Source: Gammaproteobacteria bacterium (GTDB taxonomy: Bacteria; Pseudomonadota; Gammaproteobacteria; Eutrophobiales; Eutrophobiaceae). Taken from it: a stretch of 64,000 nt of DNA. The first letter of the stretch is position 1. Each line of letters starts with the position of its first letter. A model generated the notes under the pieces. The model was not told the DNA's origin. It searched no databases and was given only the letters and a program-made list of their open reading frames with translations. The translations under genes were made by a program, and so were the position numbers. The DNA is taken from contig OZ253477.1 in assembly GCA_965261775.1 (NCBI GenBank), positions 933,239 through 997,238 of the forward strand, written 5' to 3'. Of the stretch, positions 21,510-32,192 are shown piece after piece.

Positions 21510-22133
21510 ATGGAAGTTCATAAATTATCAGTCATCATATACCTTTTACCGGCGCTATTATCGGCGGAAACGGTATATAAATCCGTTGACGAAAAAGGAC
21601 AAGTGCTTTTTACGGACATGCCACCTGAAAACGCCGAAAAAATAACCATTGAAGAGCCAAATATTATTTCAATATCCGCCCCGGAACAACCTGATCAGGA
21701 AACAGCGAATCGGGACAGGCACACTTCATATACTACCCTGGAAATTGTCAATCCGGTGGACGATCAGATCATCACTGGAACACAAGGCAACTTTACGGTG
21801 GATGTTACTCTCAAACCGGATTTGGCGGAACAGGACGAGCTGGTTTTATTGATGGATGGCAAAGTGATGCAGAGCGGGAAAATAACACGATTCGTATTGA
21901 GTAATATTGATCGCGGGGCCCACACCCTTGAGGTCGCTGTTCGTAATGACAAAGAGAAACTGTCAAAACGTTCTCAACGTTCACAAGGAGTGACCGTGCA
22001 TATACGCAGGACAGCCAAACTTGATACCCGGCTTGTTCCTGATCCGGATGTCGTTACACCGTTGAATCCTCCAAAACCCCCGAAGCCGGAGGTCTCGCCG
22101 CTGAACCCACCCAAACCGAAACCAACGGAATGA
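21510..22133 (+). CDS. DUF4124 domain secreted protein (paralog A) with a Pro-rich PLNPPKP C-terminal tail
   Basis: Signal peptide then YKSVDEKGQVLFTDMPP, the DUF4124 signature. The C-terminus PLNPPKPPKPEVSPLNPPKPKPTE is a repeated Pro-Lys motif. Confidence 0.7.
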   Translation: MEVHKLSVIIYLLPALLSAETVYKSVDEKGQVLFTDMPPENAEKITIEEPNIISISAPEQPDQETANRDRHTSYTTLEIVNPVDDQIITGTQGNFTVDVTLKPDLAEQDELVLLMDGKVMQSGKITRFVLSNIDRGAHTLEVAVRNDKEKLSKRSQRSQGVTVHIRRTAKLDTRLVPDPDVVTPLNPPKPPKPEVSPLNPPKPKPTE

Positions 22134-22666
22134 TATTGGCAAAAATGTCTCTCATTGATATGAAAATCCCGATCCTGTTTTTGGGTCTCTTTTGCCTCTT
22201 CGCCGTACAGGCGGAAGGCATATACAAAACAGTTGATAAAGACGGAAACGTCCTTTTTTCCGATACGCCTTCTCCGGGCGCTGAAGAAGTAGAACTGCCG
22301 GAAATTCAGATCATAAAAAGCATAAAACTGGAAGACCTCCCTTCTTTTCCTGTTCTGGACAAGGTTGAGAAGGGGGAAGAACGTTATCAGTCAATTACTA
22401 TTATCGAACCGGAAGAGTCAACGGGTCTGCGTAGCAATAGTGGTGATTTTAAAATATCCGTCGCGCTGGAGCCCGCCCTCAAAGCGTCCCATCGCTTGGT
22501 CATCACTATGGACGGAGAAGAAGTCGCCAATGGCGTTGCAACCAGTATTTCAATTCAAAATGCCGATAGAGGGACACATCAGCTTGAGGCACGGGTAGTC
22601 GATACAGAAGACGAAACGCTCATCTCCACCAACAGCAGCTTCACCCTGTTGCGAACTGCTCAATAA
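22130..22666 (+). CDS. DUF4124 domain secreted protein (paralog B)
   Basis: Signal peptide then YKTVDKDGNVLFSDTPSP. The C-terminal half is paralogous to paralog A. There is a 4-bp start/stop overlap. Confidence 0.7.
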   Translation: MILAKMSLIDMKIPILFLGLFCLFAVQAEGIYKTVDKDGNVLFSDTPSPGAEEVELPEIQIIKSIKLEDLPSFPVLDKVEKGEERYQSITIIEPEESTGLRSNSGDFKISVALEPALKASHRLVITMDGEEVANGVATSISIQNADRGTHQLEARVVDTEDETLISTNSSFTLLRTAQ

Positions 22667-22863
22667 ATTACACTCGCATTCGAGATCCTTCATAAATCAT
22701 TCGGAGTCAGCCCCGGCCCGCTTCCCCAAGGGCGCCGCGGCAAGAGATGACGATGGATAACACCCGGGGACGAACGGGGGATGTGGCGTTGTTCTTTACA
22801 GAAGCCATCATAAGACTGTTTTTTAAATCCGTGGGAACCGACAGCGTCCGCCGTTATTCATTA

Positions 22864-23943
<1,080 letters not shown>

Positions 23944-23988
23944 TCAGAATATTAAAAATCTCCCTCATGCCCGCCTTACAGTATTATT

Positions 23989-24804
23989 ATGCCCGCTTTA
24001 CAGCATTATTTTACAGAATATGAAATCATCATCAGGTTAAGCTGTTTCTGCCTGTTATTGTCGCTTTTTCTGCTACTGGAACTCAAATGCCCGCGCCGGA
24101 TATCGGCACCCGGCACGATACGGCGACGCTTCAATAATCTTGGTTTAATGTGCATTAATGTATTGGCAATCCGTCTAATCGTACCGTTTGCCGCCGTTGA
24201 AACTGCGATATTGGCCGCCCGGAATGAGACGGGGCTATTCAATCTATTATCATTGCCGTTTGCGGTGAATGTCCTGATAACCGTTGTCCTCTTTGACCTG
24301 TTAATCTATCTGCAGCATGTTGCCTTTCACAAAATCCCGATATTATGGCGAATACACAGGGTGCACCATACAGATGATCATGTCGATGTCACAACCGGTA
24401 TACGTTTTCATCCTTTTGAAATTTTCTTGTCCATGGCGTATAAATCAGGCGCTGTTTATTTGCTCGGACCCGCCGCCTTTGCGATCATGCTGTACGAGAT
24501 ACTGTTAAGCATGGCGGCGCTATTCACACACAGCAATATTCTATTGCGGCAAAACGTTGATCTGGCTTTGAGAAGCATCTTTGTAACGCCGGATATGCAC
24601 TGTATACACCATTCGGTGGTGCGGACGGAAACGGATAGCAACTACGGCAATCTGTTTTCATGCTGGGATAAATTATTCAAAACATATCGATCAATGCCCG
24701 CTGCCGGTTATAATAATATATTGATCGGCTTAAATGAGTTTCGCGATCAATCATCAAACCGTTTATTTCAATTACTGAAAAACCCTTTTTTGTTTAACAG
24801 GTGA
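23989..24804 (+). CDS. fatty acid hydroxylase / sterol desaturase superfamily membrane protein
   Basis: Three His boxes (HVAFH, HRVHHTDDH, HCIHH) on a hydrophobic protein. Confidence 0.75.
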   Translation: MPALQHYFTEYEIIIRLSCFCLLLSLFLLLELKCPRRISAPGTIRRRFNNLGLMCINVLAIRLIVPFAAVETAILAARNETGLFNLLSLPFAVNVLITVVLFDLLIYLQHVAFHKIPILWRIHRVHHTDDHVDVTTGIRFHPFEIFLSMAYKSGAVYLLGPAAFAIMLYEILLSMAALFTHSNILLRQNVDLALRSIFVTPDMHCIHHSVVRTETDSNYGNLFSCWDKLFKTYRSMPAAGYNNILIGLNEFRDQSSNRLFQLLKNPFLFNR

Positions 24805-24809
24805 ATATT

Positions 24810-25928
24810 ATGGACCAGGAAAATGCCGTCTTGAAACGTTATTCGGAAGGTGCCAACGAGCGTCAGCCGTCGCTATGCTGTCCGGTTGATTACCAAACGG
24901 AATTACTTGAATTATTACCGAAAGAAATCATTGAAAAGGATTATGGCTGCGGCGACCCGTCGCGGTATATCCGTGAAGGCGACAGGGTGCTGGACCTGGG
25001 CAGTGGCAGCGGCAAGATATGCTATATGGCCGCCCAGCTTGTCGGTAATGAAGGCCGGGTAACCGGTGTTGACATGAATGATGATATGCTGGCGCTTGCC
25101 AGAAAATACCAGGCAGAGATGGTGACTAAACTGGGCAATGATCGGGTCGAATTCAAAAAAGGCAAAATCCAGGACCTTGCCCTGGACATCGCCGCACTGG
25201 AAATGCGGTTGGCGGAAAATCCGGTCAATACGATTGGCGATCTGGAAGCCCTGGAGCACTGGAAAAAAAGTCAATGCGTTGATGCGCCCCTGATCCCGGA
25301 CAACTCGACTGATCTGGTGATATCAAACTGTGTCCTGAACCTGGTCAATGGCGCAGACAAGCAAAAACTGGTCAGTGAAATTTTTCGCGTACTGAAGCCC
25401 GGCGGACGGGTGGCGATTTCCGATATTGTCTCGGACGAATTTGTCCCCGAACATCTCAAGGCCGATGAGCAGCTCTGGAGCGGTTGTATCTCTGGCGCCT
25501 TTCAAGAACAGGAAATGCTTGATATGTTTCAGCAGGCCGGTTTCCTCGCCATCGCCTATGACAAATGGCAGGATGAACCATGGCAGGTGGTTGAAGGCAT
25601 CGAATTTCGCTCCGTCACGCTCACGGCGGTCAAGCGTGAGCAGGTCGACTGCATCGACAAAGGTCATGCGGTGATCTATCGGGGACCTTTCAATTTTGTG
25701 ACGGATGAGGAAGGCCATGAATTCCCGCGAGGCGAGAGGATGGCCGTTTGCGAGCGTACTTTTAATGTACTCACACAGGAACCTTACAAGGACTGCTTTA
25801 TCGGCATTACTCCGGCAAAAGCCCGGAAACCACGTCCGTGGTGCGCCCCACCCGGCACAAAAAGATCGGTAGCGGAAACAAAACACGGTGTCCACAGCGT
25901 GAGTGCAAATGATTCGTCCTGTTGCTGA
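24810..25928 (+). CDS. ArsM-like (arsenite methyltransferase family) SAM-dependent methyltransferase
   Basis: LKRYSEGA...LCCP...DYGCGDP...VLDLGSGSGK...VTGVDMNDDMLALARKY...VISNCVLNL aligns with the ArsM core. The start is coupled to the upstream gene (GTG/ATG overlapping its stop). Confidence 0.6.
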   Translation: MDQENAVLKRYSEGANERQPSLCCPVDYQTELLELLPKEIIEKDYGCGDPSRYIREGDRVLDLGSGSGKICYMAAQLVGNEGRVTGVDMNDDMLALARKYQAEMVTKLGNDRVEFKKGKIQDLALDIAALEMRLAENPVNTIGDLEALEHWKKSQCVDAPLIPDNSTDLVISNCVLNLVNGADKQKLVSEIFRVLKPGGRVAISDIVSDEFVPEHLKADEQLWSGCISGAFQEQEMLDMFQQAGFLAIAYDKWQDEPWQVVEGIEFRSVTLTAVKREQVDCIDKGHAVIYRGPFNFVTDEEGHEFPRGERMAVCERTFNVLTQEPYKDCFIGITPAKARKPRPWCAPPGTKRSVAETKHGVHSVSANDSSCC

Positions 25929-26492
25929 TTTGATCCACAGAAACGGAGTGTGGTAGATTTGAACGCCCATTTTGGGTTACGTATAACCGTATAACAACAT
26001 CACACTTTCTAACTTGCTCCAACAAAACACTTAACAAATACAACAATTGCACCCGGTGTCAAATGGCATCACATGGCAACAATTTTGGCTTCGGGGAGGT
26101 ATGGCAAAGCTTGAAAATCTGGTGTTTAGGAAAAGTGACGCCTTTTGCCTCATACGGGCTTGAGAGGCTTTAGTTCTCAAAGATATTGCGCCGTCATCCA
26201 CGCGGACGTCCTGTTCTCACCAGACCCAGCGTTTACGCAATATGTCGGCAATGTCAATATCGACCCGGAGGTATTAGCCGTCGGCAATATTAAAGGCTAT
26301 GGGCAAATGCCAGACCTGCATATTGCAATGAGTTTGGATAGCGATCCAAAAGATTCTGTACTGGCCCTGTTTAAGGCACCTACCGCAGAATCTTTACTCT
26401 TATTGCGTTTTTTATGGCGCCACAGCTCAGAGACAAAGACAAAAGCGCCCTTTTTTATTTTTAGTGTGAAATACTTGATGCTGTTCCCCGCG

Positions 26493-27236
26493 CTATGCCG
26501 CGGGGTCAGGTAATGTCTGGACGGTATCTTCTATCCAGGTTTCAACTTCCTGCGTAATCTGCTTCGCGTCTTTATTGGCGGACTGAATGGCCGGACCGAT
26601 CACCAGCGTGACCCTGCCCGGTTTTTTAACGAAACTGTTACGCCGCCAGAGATAACCGGCATTATGCGCCACCGGAGTCACGTTGACACCGGATTGTTTT
26701 GCCAGCTCGCTACCGCTGCTCCGGTAGGTGCCCTTTGCTCCAGGGGCGACGCGCGTACCTTCGGGGAAAATGATTATCCAACGTTTTTTTCGTAAAGCAA
26801 TACAACCCTGCCGCAGGACCTGCCGCAGTGATCTGACGACAGAAGCACGGTCAATCACGATAGGGCGCATGCAGGCAATGACCCAACCGTAGATCGGGAT
26901 ATACAGAAGTTCGCGCTTTAATATCCAGACCTGGGGGATGAAAATCCGTTGTAGCAGTAATGTTTCAAACGCCGATTGATGCTTGCACATGACCACGCCC
27001 GGCGTTTTCGGGATGTTTTCCAGACCTTTTATTTCATACTGTATCCCGCAGCAGATTCTCAGCCACCAGAGGCTAAACGCGGCACCGTAGGTGAATAAAA
27101 AGTATCGTCTGTTGAATTGCAGCGGAGATATCAACAAACAGAACGGCAGAAATAAGAAAAAAGTGAAGCTGAGTTGACCAACGTTGAACAGAAAAGAACG
27201 GACGATCAACATCAAACCGGCTATGCCATACGACAT
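26493..27236 (-). CDS. plsC: 1-acyl-sn-glycerol-3-phosphate acyltransferase
   Basis: HxxxxD acyltransferase motif CKHQSAFE plus FPEGTR. Confidence 0.85.
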   Translation of the reverse strand: MSYGIAGLMLIVRSFLFNVGQLSFTFFLFLPFCLLISPLQFNRRYFLFTYGAAFSLWWLRICCGIQYEIKGLENIPKTPGVVMCKHQSAFETLLLQRIFIPQVWILKRELLYIPIYGWVIACMRPIVIDRASVVRSLRQVLRQGCIALRKKRWIIIFPEGTRVAPGAKGTYRSSGSELAKQSGVNVTPVAHNAGYLWRRNSFVKKPGRVTLVIGPAIQSANKDAKQITQEVETWIEDTVQTLPDPAA

Positions 27237-27271
27237 TTCATGTCTATCATCTGTGGACGACGGAAGGGATG

Positions 27272-27808
27272 TCAGGCAGCAAGTATCTCATTAACGAATG
27301 ACGCCAGATCATCGTATACTGGTATCCCCTCGGCAACTTGACCACTATCGATCTCACTTTGCCCCTCGCCGGTGCGTACCAGTATCGGTTTACCTCCGGC
27401 GCTTTGTGCGGCACGGATATCAATCATTTGGTCGCCGACGCAAAATACCTTGTTCAGAGGTACCCGCAATCTTTCTGATATCCGGTTATAAAGGCCGGGA
27501 TTGGGTTTGCGGCAACTGCAATGATTTCCCGGCGTGTGCGGACAAAAGAAGATGGCGTCAATTTTGCCGCCATGCTGCGCCAGGATGGCGTTCATCTTGA
27601 TATGGATCGCATTAAGGTCATCAACGGTAAATAATTTGCGACCAAGGCCAGACTGATTGGTGGCGACGACGACTTGATAACCGCTCTGGGAAAGCGTGGC
27701 AATGGCTTCAAGACTCCCGGGGATGGCCTGCCATTCATCCGGCGATTTGATATATTCGTCCGATTCTTTATTGATCACGCCGTCGCGACCAAGAATGATT
27801 AGCGCCAT
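27272..27808 (-). CDS. gmhB: D-glycero-beta-D-manno-heptose-1,7-bisphosphate 7-phosphatase (HAD-IIIA)
   Basis: ILGRDGVIN (DxDGT-type), Zn-site CPHTPGNHCSCRKP. 178 aa. Confidence 0.88.
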   Translation of the reverse strand: MALIILGRDGVINKESDEYIKSPDEWQAIPGSLEAIATLSQSGYQVVVATNQSGLGRKLFTVDDLNAIHIKMNAILAQHGGKIDAIFFCPHTPGNHCSCRKPNPGLYNRISERLRVPLNKVFCVGDQMIDIRAAQSAGGKPILVRTGEGQSEIDSGQVAEGIPVYDDLASFVNEILAA

Positions 27809-29904
27809 TATCGCCTCCGCAACTTTGAGATATCGGCAATATCCAGAAATAACGCCTTCACCTTGCGAAGCAAGGCCAGGCGATTGTTTTTAATATCCTG
27901 TTCGTCGCACATTACCATCACATCATCAAAAAAAGTATCCACATTTTCACGCAGGGCCGCCAGTTCTGTCAGCGCCGCCCTGTAATCAAAGCGGTCTATC
28001 AGGGGTTTTGCACGCCGTTGACATTTTTCCAGCGCGTCGGCCAGCCCGGATTCGGCCTTTTCAACAAACAATGATGCACACGGTTCGTGTCTCTCAACTG
28101 CATCAGACTTTTCCAGAATGTGACTGATACGTTTGTTCATGGTGATCAGATCTCCCGCCTCGGCTGCCTCGCTGAATTCGGCAACAGCGCACAGGCGTTT
28201 ATCAAAATCAGTCAGGCGGGTGACGGAAACAGCGTGCACGGCCTCAAATATATCAGGTTCAATGCCCTTATCAATATAATAATGACGCAAACGCTCCATT
28301 AAAAAACAGGAGATCTTTCCCGGAAGTTCGGGCGTTCCCGCTCCAGGCAGGGTGTCTCCATGCACTCGCCTGTAACTTTCTCCGGCGATCTGAATCAGTC
28401 GCCTAATATCAATATCAAGGCCTCCTTCTATGCCGATACGCAGAAGACCGATGGCAGCGCGACGTAACGCGAACGGGTCTTTATCGCCCGTCGGCACCTT
28501 GTCAATAGCAAACATCCCGACCAGGGTATCAATCTTTTCCGCCAGCGCCAGACACTGACCGATATTCGTCATCGGCAATACATCACTGGCAAAACGCGGT
28601 CGATAAAATTCTCCCAGCGCGTGCGCGATTTCAGCTGATTCACCCGCCGCTTCCGCATAATAACGACCCATCACACCCTGCAATTTGGGAAACTCGCCCA
28701 CCATCTCCGTCAGCAGATCGCAGAAACACAGTTCAGCGGCACGAGTGGCCTTTTGCCGATCAAGATCAGTGAGGTCTGCCAACGAGTCCATGGTCTTTAT
28801 CAGACGTTGCGATCTGTCATGAAGCGTCCCTAGCTGTTCCTGATAAACTACTCCCGCCAGCCCTGACAGATGGCTCGCCAAACCCTTTTGCAGGTCGCGC
28901 TCCCAGAAAAAAGCGGCATCGCCGAGACGTGGCTGTATCACACGCTCATTGCCTTGCTTAATCAGTTGCGGATCCCTGCTCTTGATGTTGGCAACGCCAA
29001 TAAAATACGGTAACAATTTCCCCCTGTCGTCAACGACGGGAAAATATCGCTGGTGTTCCTGCATACTTGCAATCAGGACTTCCCGAGGCAGTTTCAGAAA
29101 ATCCGGATCAAAGTTGCCGATAAAGGCCTGTGGCCATTCGAGCAAGGCAGTCACTTCATCCAGCAAAGCCGGTTCAATGAGGGCGCGGGCTTTATTGTCA
29201 GCGGCAAGCGTCTCAAGCTGAGATACTATCGTGTCCCGACGCACGTCAAAATCAGCCAGCACCCTGCCGGTCTGTTTCAATATGTCGGGATAGTCAGCGG
29301 GCTTTTTGACGGGTATTGCACCCGGATGATGGACGCGATGCCCATAACTGTTTGTCCCGGACTTCACGCCCAGTATTTCACAATCAATCGGCATATCACC
29401 GAACAGGACCAGCACCCATTTTACCGGTCGTATGAATTCAAAATCATTATCACCCCAGCGCATCCGTTTCATGACGGGGACACGCTTCAGGGCGGTTTCA
29501 ATCATGAGCGGTATCAGTTCCGCCGCCGTTCTGCCCTTAATAAGGGCGTTAAAACTCAACCAGCGGCCTTTTTCCGTCTCCAGGGTTTCCAGTTGGTCGA
29601 CCCTCACGCCGCAGGATTTTGCAAAACCTTCAGCGGCATCCGTGAATTTGCCGTTTTCATCAATGGCCTTGTCCAGGGACGGACCACGCCGGAGCTGTTG
29701 CCTGTCTGCCTGCTTTATTGCAAGTCGTTTGACCAGCAATGCCAGCCGGCGTGGCGTGGCATACCATTTGATCCCCTCGTGTTCGAGCCCCTGTTCAAGC
29801 AGAAACGCCGCACTCTCTTCCTTAAAGGCTGTGGCAACCCGTTTCAGTGAGGTCGGCGGCAGCTCTTCGGAACCAATCTCAATCAACAGATCTCTTGCGC
29901 TCAT
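27808..29904 (-). CDS. glyS: glycine--tRNA ligase beta subunit
   Basis: MSARDLLIEIGSEELPPTSL matches the GlyS N-terminus. The longer upstream ORF (to 30048) overlaps glyQ and is rejected. Confidence 0.9.
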   Translation of the reverse strand: MSARDLLIEIGSEELPPTSLKRVATAFKEESAAFLLEQGLEHEGIKWYATPRRLALLVKRLAIKQADRQQLRRGPSLDKAIDENGKFTDAAEGFAKSCGVRVDQLETLETEKGRWLSFNALIKGRTAAELIPLMIETALKRVPVMKRMRWGDNDFEFIRPVKWVLVLFGDMPIDCEILGVKSGTNSYGHRVHHPGAIPVKKPADYPDILKQTGRVLADFDVRRDTIVSQLETLAADNKARALIEPALLDEVTALLEWPQAFIGNFDPDFLKLPREVLIASMQEHQRYFPVVDDRGKLLPYFIGVANIKSRDPQLIKQGNERVIQPRLGDAAFFWERDLQKGLASHLSGLAGVVYQEQLGTLHDRSQRLIKTMDSLADLTDLDRQKATRAAELCFCDLLTEMVGEFPKLQGVMGRYYAEAAGESAEIAHALGEFYRPRFASDVLPMTNIGQCLALAEKIDTLVGMFAIDKVPTGDKDPFALRRAAIGLLRIGIEGGLDIDIRRLIQIAGESYRRVHGDTLPGAGTPELPGKISCFLMERLRHYYIDKGIEPDIFEAVHAVSVTRLTDFDKRLCAVAEFSEAAEAGDLITMNKRISHILEKSDAVERHEPCASLFVEKAESGLADALEKCQRRAKPLIDRFDYRAALTELAALRENVDTFFDDVMVMCDEQDIKNNRLALLRKVKALFLDIADISKLRRR

Positions 29905-29917
29905 TGAATGGTCTGTG

Positions 29918-30841
29918 TTATTTCTGCAACAGGGGAAAACCCAATGCCTCGCGGCTTGCATAGTAGGCTTTGGACACCGCACGCGCCAGCGATCTGACCC
30001 GCAGGATATAAGCCTGGCGTTCAGCAACTGAGATGGCATTACGCGCATCCAGCAGATTAAAATAATGCGACGCCTTCATCGTCATTTCGTAGGCGGGCAG
30101 GGGCAGACTGGCCTCAATCAGATGTTGCGCTTCCCGCTCGCAGGTTTCAAACCAGTTAAACAGGTATTCCGTCTCCGCCAGGTCGAAATTATAACGCGAC
30201 ATCTCTACTTCGTTCTGATGATAAATATCAGCGTAGCTTACCGTCTTATTGTCGGGTTGCGCCCAGATCAGTTCATAGACATTACCGCAATCCTGCAGGC
30301 ACATGGCGATGCGCTCCAAACCATAGGTTATCTCGCCGCTGACGGGTTTGCAGCGCAGACCACCGACCTGCTGAAAGTACGTGAACTGGCTGATCTCCAT
30401 CCCGTCCAGCCAGACCTCCCAACCGAGTCCCCAGGCGCCGAGGGTAGGCGATTCCCAGTTGTCTTCCACAAAGCGAATATCATGCATTTCCATATCAATA
30501 CCAATGGCTTCCAACGACGCCAGATAGCGGTCCTGAATGTCATCGGTAGAGGGCTTTAACAGCACCTGAAACTGATAGTAGCGTTGCAGGCGATTGGGAT
30601 TTTCACCGTAACGACCATCGCCCGGACGACGCACAGGCTGCACGTAGGCCACGCGCCAGGGTTCGGGACCAATGGTGCGCAGGAATGTCGCCGGGTGAAA
30701 AGTGCCGGCGCCCATTTCCATGTCATAAGACTGAACGATAACGCAACCACAATCCAACCAGTAGTGTTGCAACCTGAATATTAATTCCTGGAAGTTCAGA
30801 CCAGCGCCGGAAAGTGCTTTTGCTTTTTTATTATGAGACAT
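29918..30841 (-). CDS. glyQ: glycine--tRNA ligase alpha subunit
   Basis: [27 protein letters not shown]...[16 protein letters not shown]. 307 aa. Confidence 0.93.
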   Translation of the reverse strand: MSHNKKAKALSGAGLNFQELIFRLQHYWLDCGCVIVQSYDMEMGAGTFHPATFLRTIGPEPWRVAYVQPVRRPGDGRYGENPNRLQRYYQFQVLLKPSTDDIQDRYLASLEAIGIDMEMHDIRFVEDNWESPTLGAWGLGWEVWLDGMEISQFTYFQQVGGLRCKPVSGEITYGLERIAMCLQDCGNVYELIWAQPDNKTVSYADIYHQNEVEMSRYNFDLAETEYLFNWFETCEREAQHLIEASLPLPAYEMTMKASHYFNLLDARNAISVAERQAYILRVRSLARAVSKAYYASREALGFPLLQK

Positions 30842-31122
30842 TTAATCCGAGTATGTCATAAAAAGCGAATTTGATCGTTTACGTTCAGGCAATGCTCGAG
30901 ACGGGTACCATTGCCGATAATTTATTTGTTTCATCATCTGTCTTTCGGGGGGCGTCATCGAACTTTTTTCCGCACCCCTATTGCATTCAAAATACCGGAT
31001 TCCCGTCCCCGAAAAAGCACCACCCCTGGCAGGCTCCGGGGGATAACGGCCGGGCTTACGCCCTGCGAGGCAGTTCAGTCGTCATTGATGAATCGGCGAG
31101 GATGTCATGACACCAGTTTGGA

Positions 31123-32184
31123 TTATCCTTCCTGAACAGAACCCGTCTCATCCTGTATAACGTCATCAAAACGCTTTTTTATTAAATCGTATTTAAATTC
31201 CGGTATTTCAAACCACCAGCCCGATACCCGTTGATTCAGATCACCAACATACGCTTCAGTCTGTTTGACTTTGTCCGCATTCTCCGAATTTTCATGATAA
31301 CTGAAAGCAAACGAAGCATAGGGAATACCCTCCACTTCAAAAGCCATACCGTCAGCAATAACACCTTGAAACGTAACTACGTGGAAAGAGACAGCATCAT
31401 CGCCAACCGCAAGCAATTTTTCGGCGCGGGCACCTCTGATCTGCATATCCTGCATCAGGCTGCCGAAACGACTAATCATAAATTTGGAAGCGATCTTTTT
31501 GCCAGCCGGGAGGTTCTCCAGGACAAAATCTTCCTGTCCAGCCTCGCTTTTATATAAGGTAAAGGTATCACCGTCAGCGTGCTTGATACGTACCCGTTCA
31601 ATTGTCTCGGACGGGATATCAAACAGAGATCGTTTAATCCAGTCCGTTTTGGTCGCACTGATATCCAGTACGCCATCCACCAGCCAGGATTGCGCTTCAT
31701 CCGGTTTGCGGACGTAAAGGCCGGGGCTGTTTTGCGCCGCGCTGCTACGTCTGGATTTACCAACAATGACACTGACAAGGTTTGCCTCGTCACCCCCCTT
31801 TAGAGTCAACAACAACGACGTTGTGCCCTCCTCTTCAAGACCTTCAACCCCCAGACGATGGTAAAGTCTGGGTAGGGCTGTTTTGGCAGCCCTGATTTTC
31901 AAATCCGCGGCACCAAGCACGGTACCCTTCACCTTTTCCGCCAACGCCGGATAACCGTCAAACTCGTCTATCCCCCATACATGATCCGTGCGCGTCAGAT
32001 GAATGGATTCATCGCGACCCTGTATTGATATGCGGTTAACGGATTCTATCCTGTCGGCCAGGTCGGGGAAAAAAGCGACTTTCTGTTTTGCTGTCTGCGG
32101 CGTGCGCAGACCGGCGAAGATCGTCGCCGCGGTTACCACCACAACCGTCATCAGGGTCAATACGACAAGTCTTCTGCCAAACAT
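31123..32184 (-). CDS. DUF4340-like periplasmic protein; accessory component of the GldG-type ABC system
   Basis: N-terminal TM anchor, 353 aa, immediately downstream of the GldG-like gene in the same operon. Confidence 0.55.
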   Translation of the reverse strand: MFGRRLVVLTLMTVVVVTAATIFAGLRTPQTAKQKVAFFPDLADRIESVNRISIQGRDESIHLTRTDHVWGIDEFDGYPALAEKVKGTVLGAADLKIRAAKTALPRLYHRLGVEGLEEEGTTSLLLTLKGGDEANLVSVIVGKSRRSSAAQNSPGLYVRKPDEAQSWLVDGVLDISATKTDWIKRSLFDIPSETIERVRIKHADGDTFTLYKSEAGQEDFVLENLPAGKKIASKFMISRFGSLMQDMQIRGARAEKLLAVGDDAVSFHVVTFQGVIADGMAFEVEGIPYASFAFSYHENSENADKVKQTEAYVGDLNQRVSGWWFEIPEFKYDLIKKRFDDVIQDETGSVQEG

Positions 32185-32192
32185 AGCGATAC

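Noticed and set aside
25323-25970. 215-aa minus-strand ORF opposite the ArsM-like methyltransferase
   Set aside because: No recognisable motifs. It is entirely antisense to a gene with strong family similarity and coupled translation.
26145-26513. 122-aa ORF in the long convergent gap
   Set aside because: It has no recognisable features and its 3' end overlaps plsC. The gap is reported as a finding instead.
27808-30048. Long form of glyS (746 aa, starting MRVMPSQLL...)
   Set aside because: It would overlap glyQ by 130 bp. The conserved GlyS N-terminus begins at MSARDLLIEIG (ATG 29904), 14 bp after glyQ.
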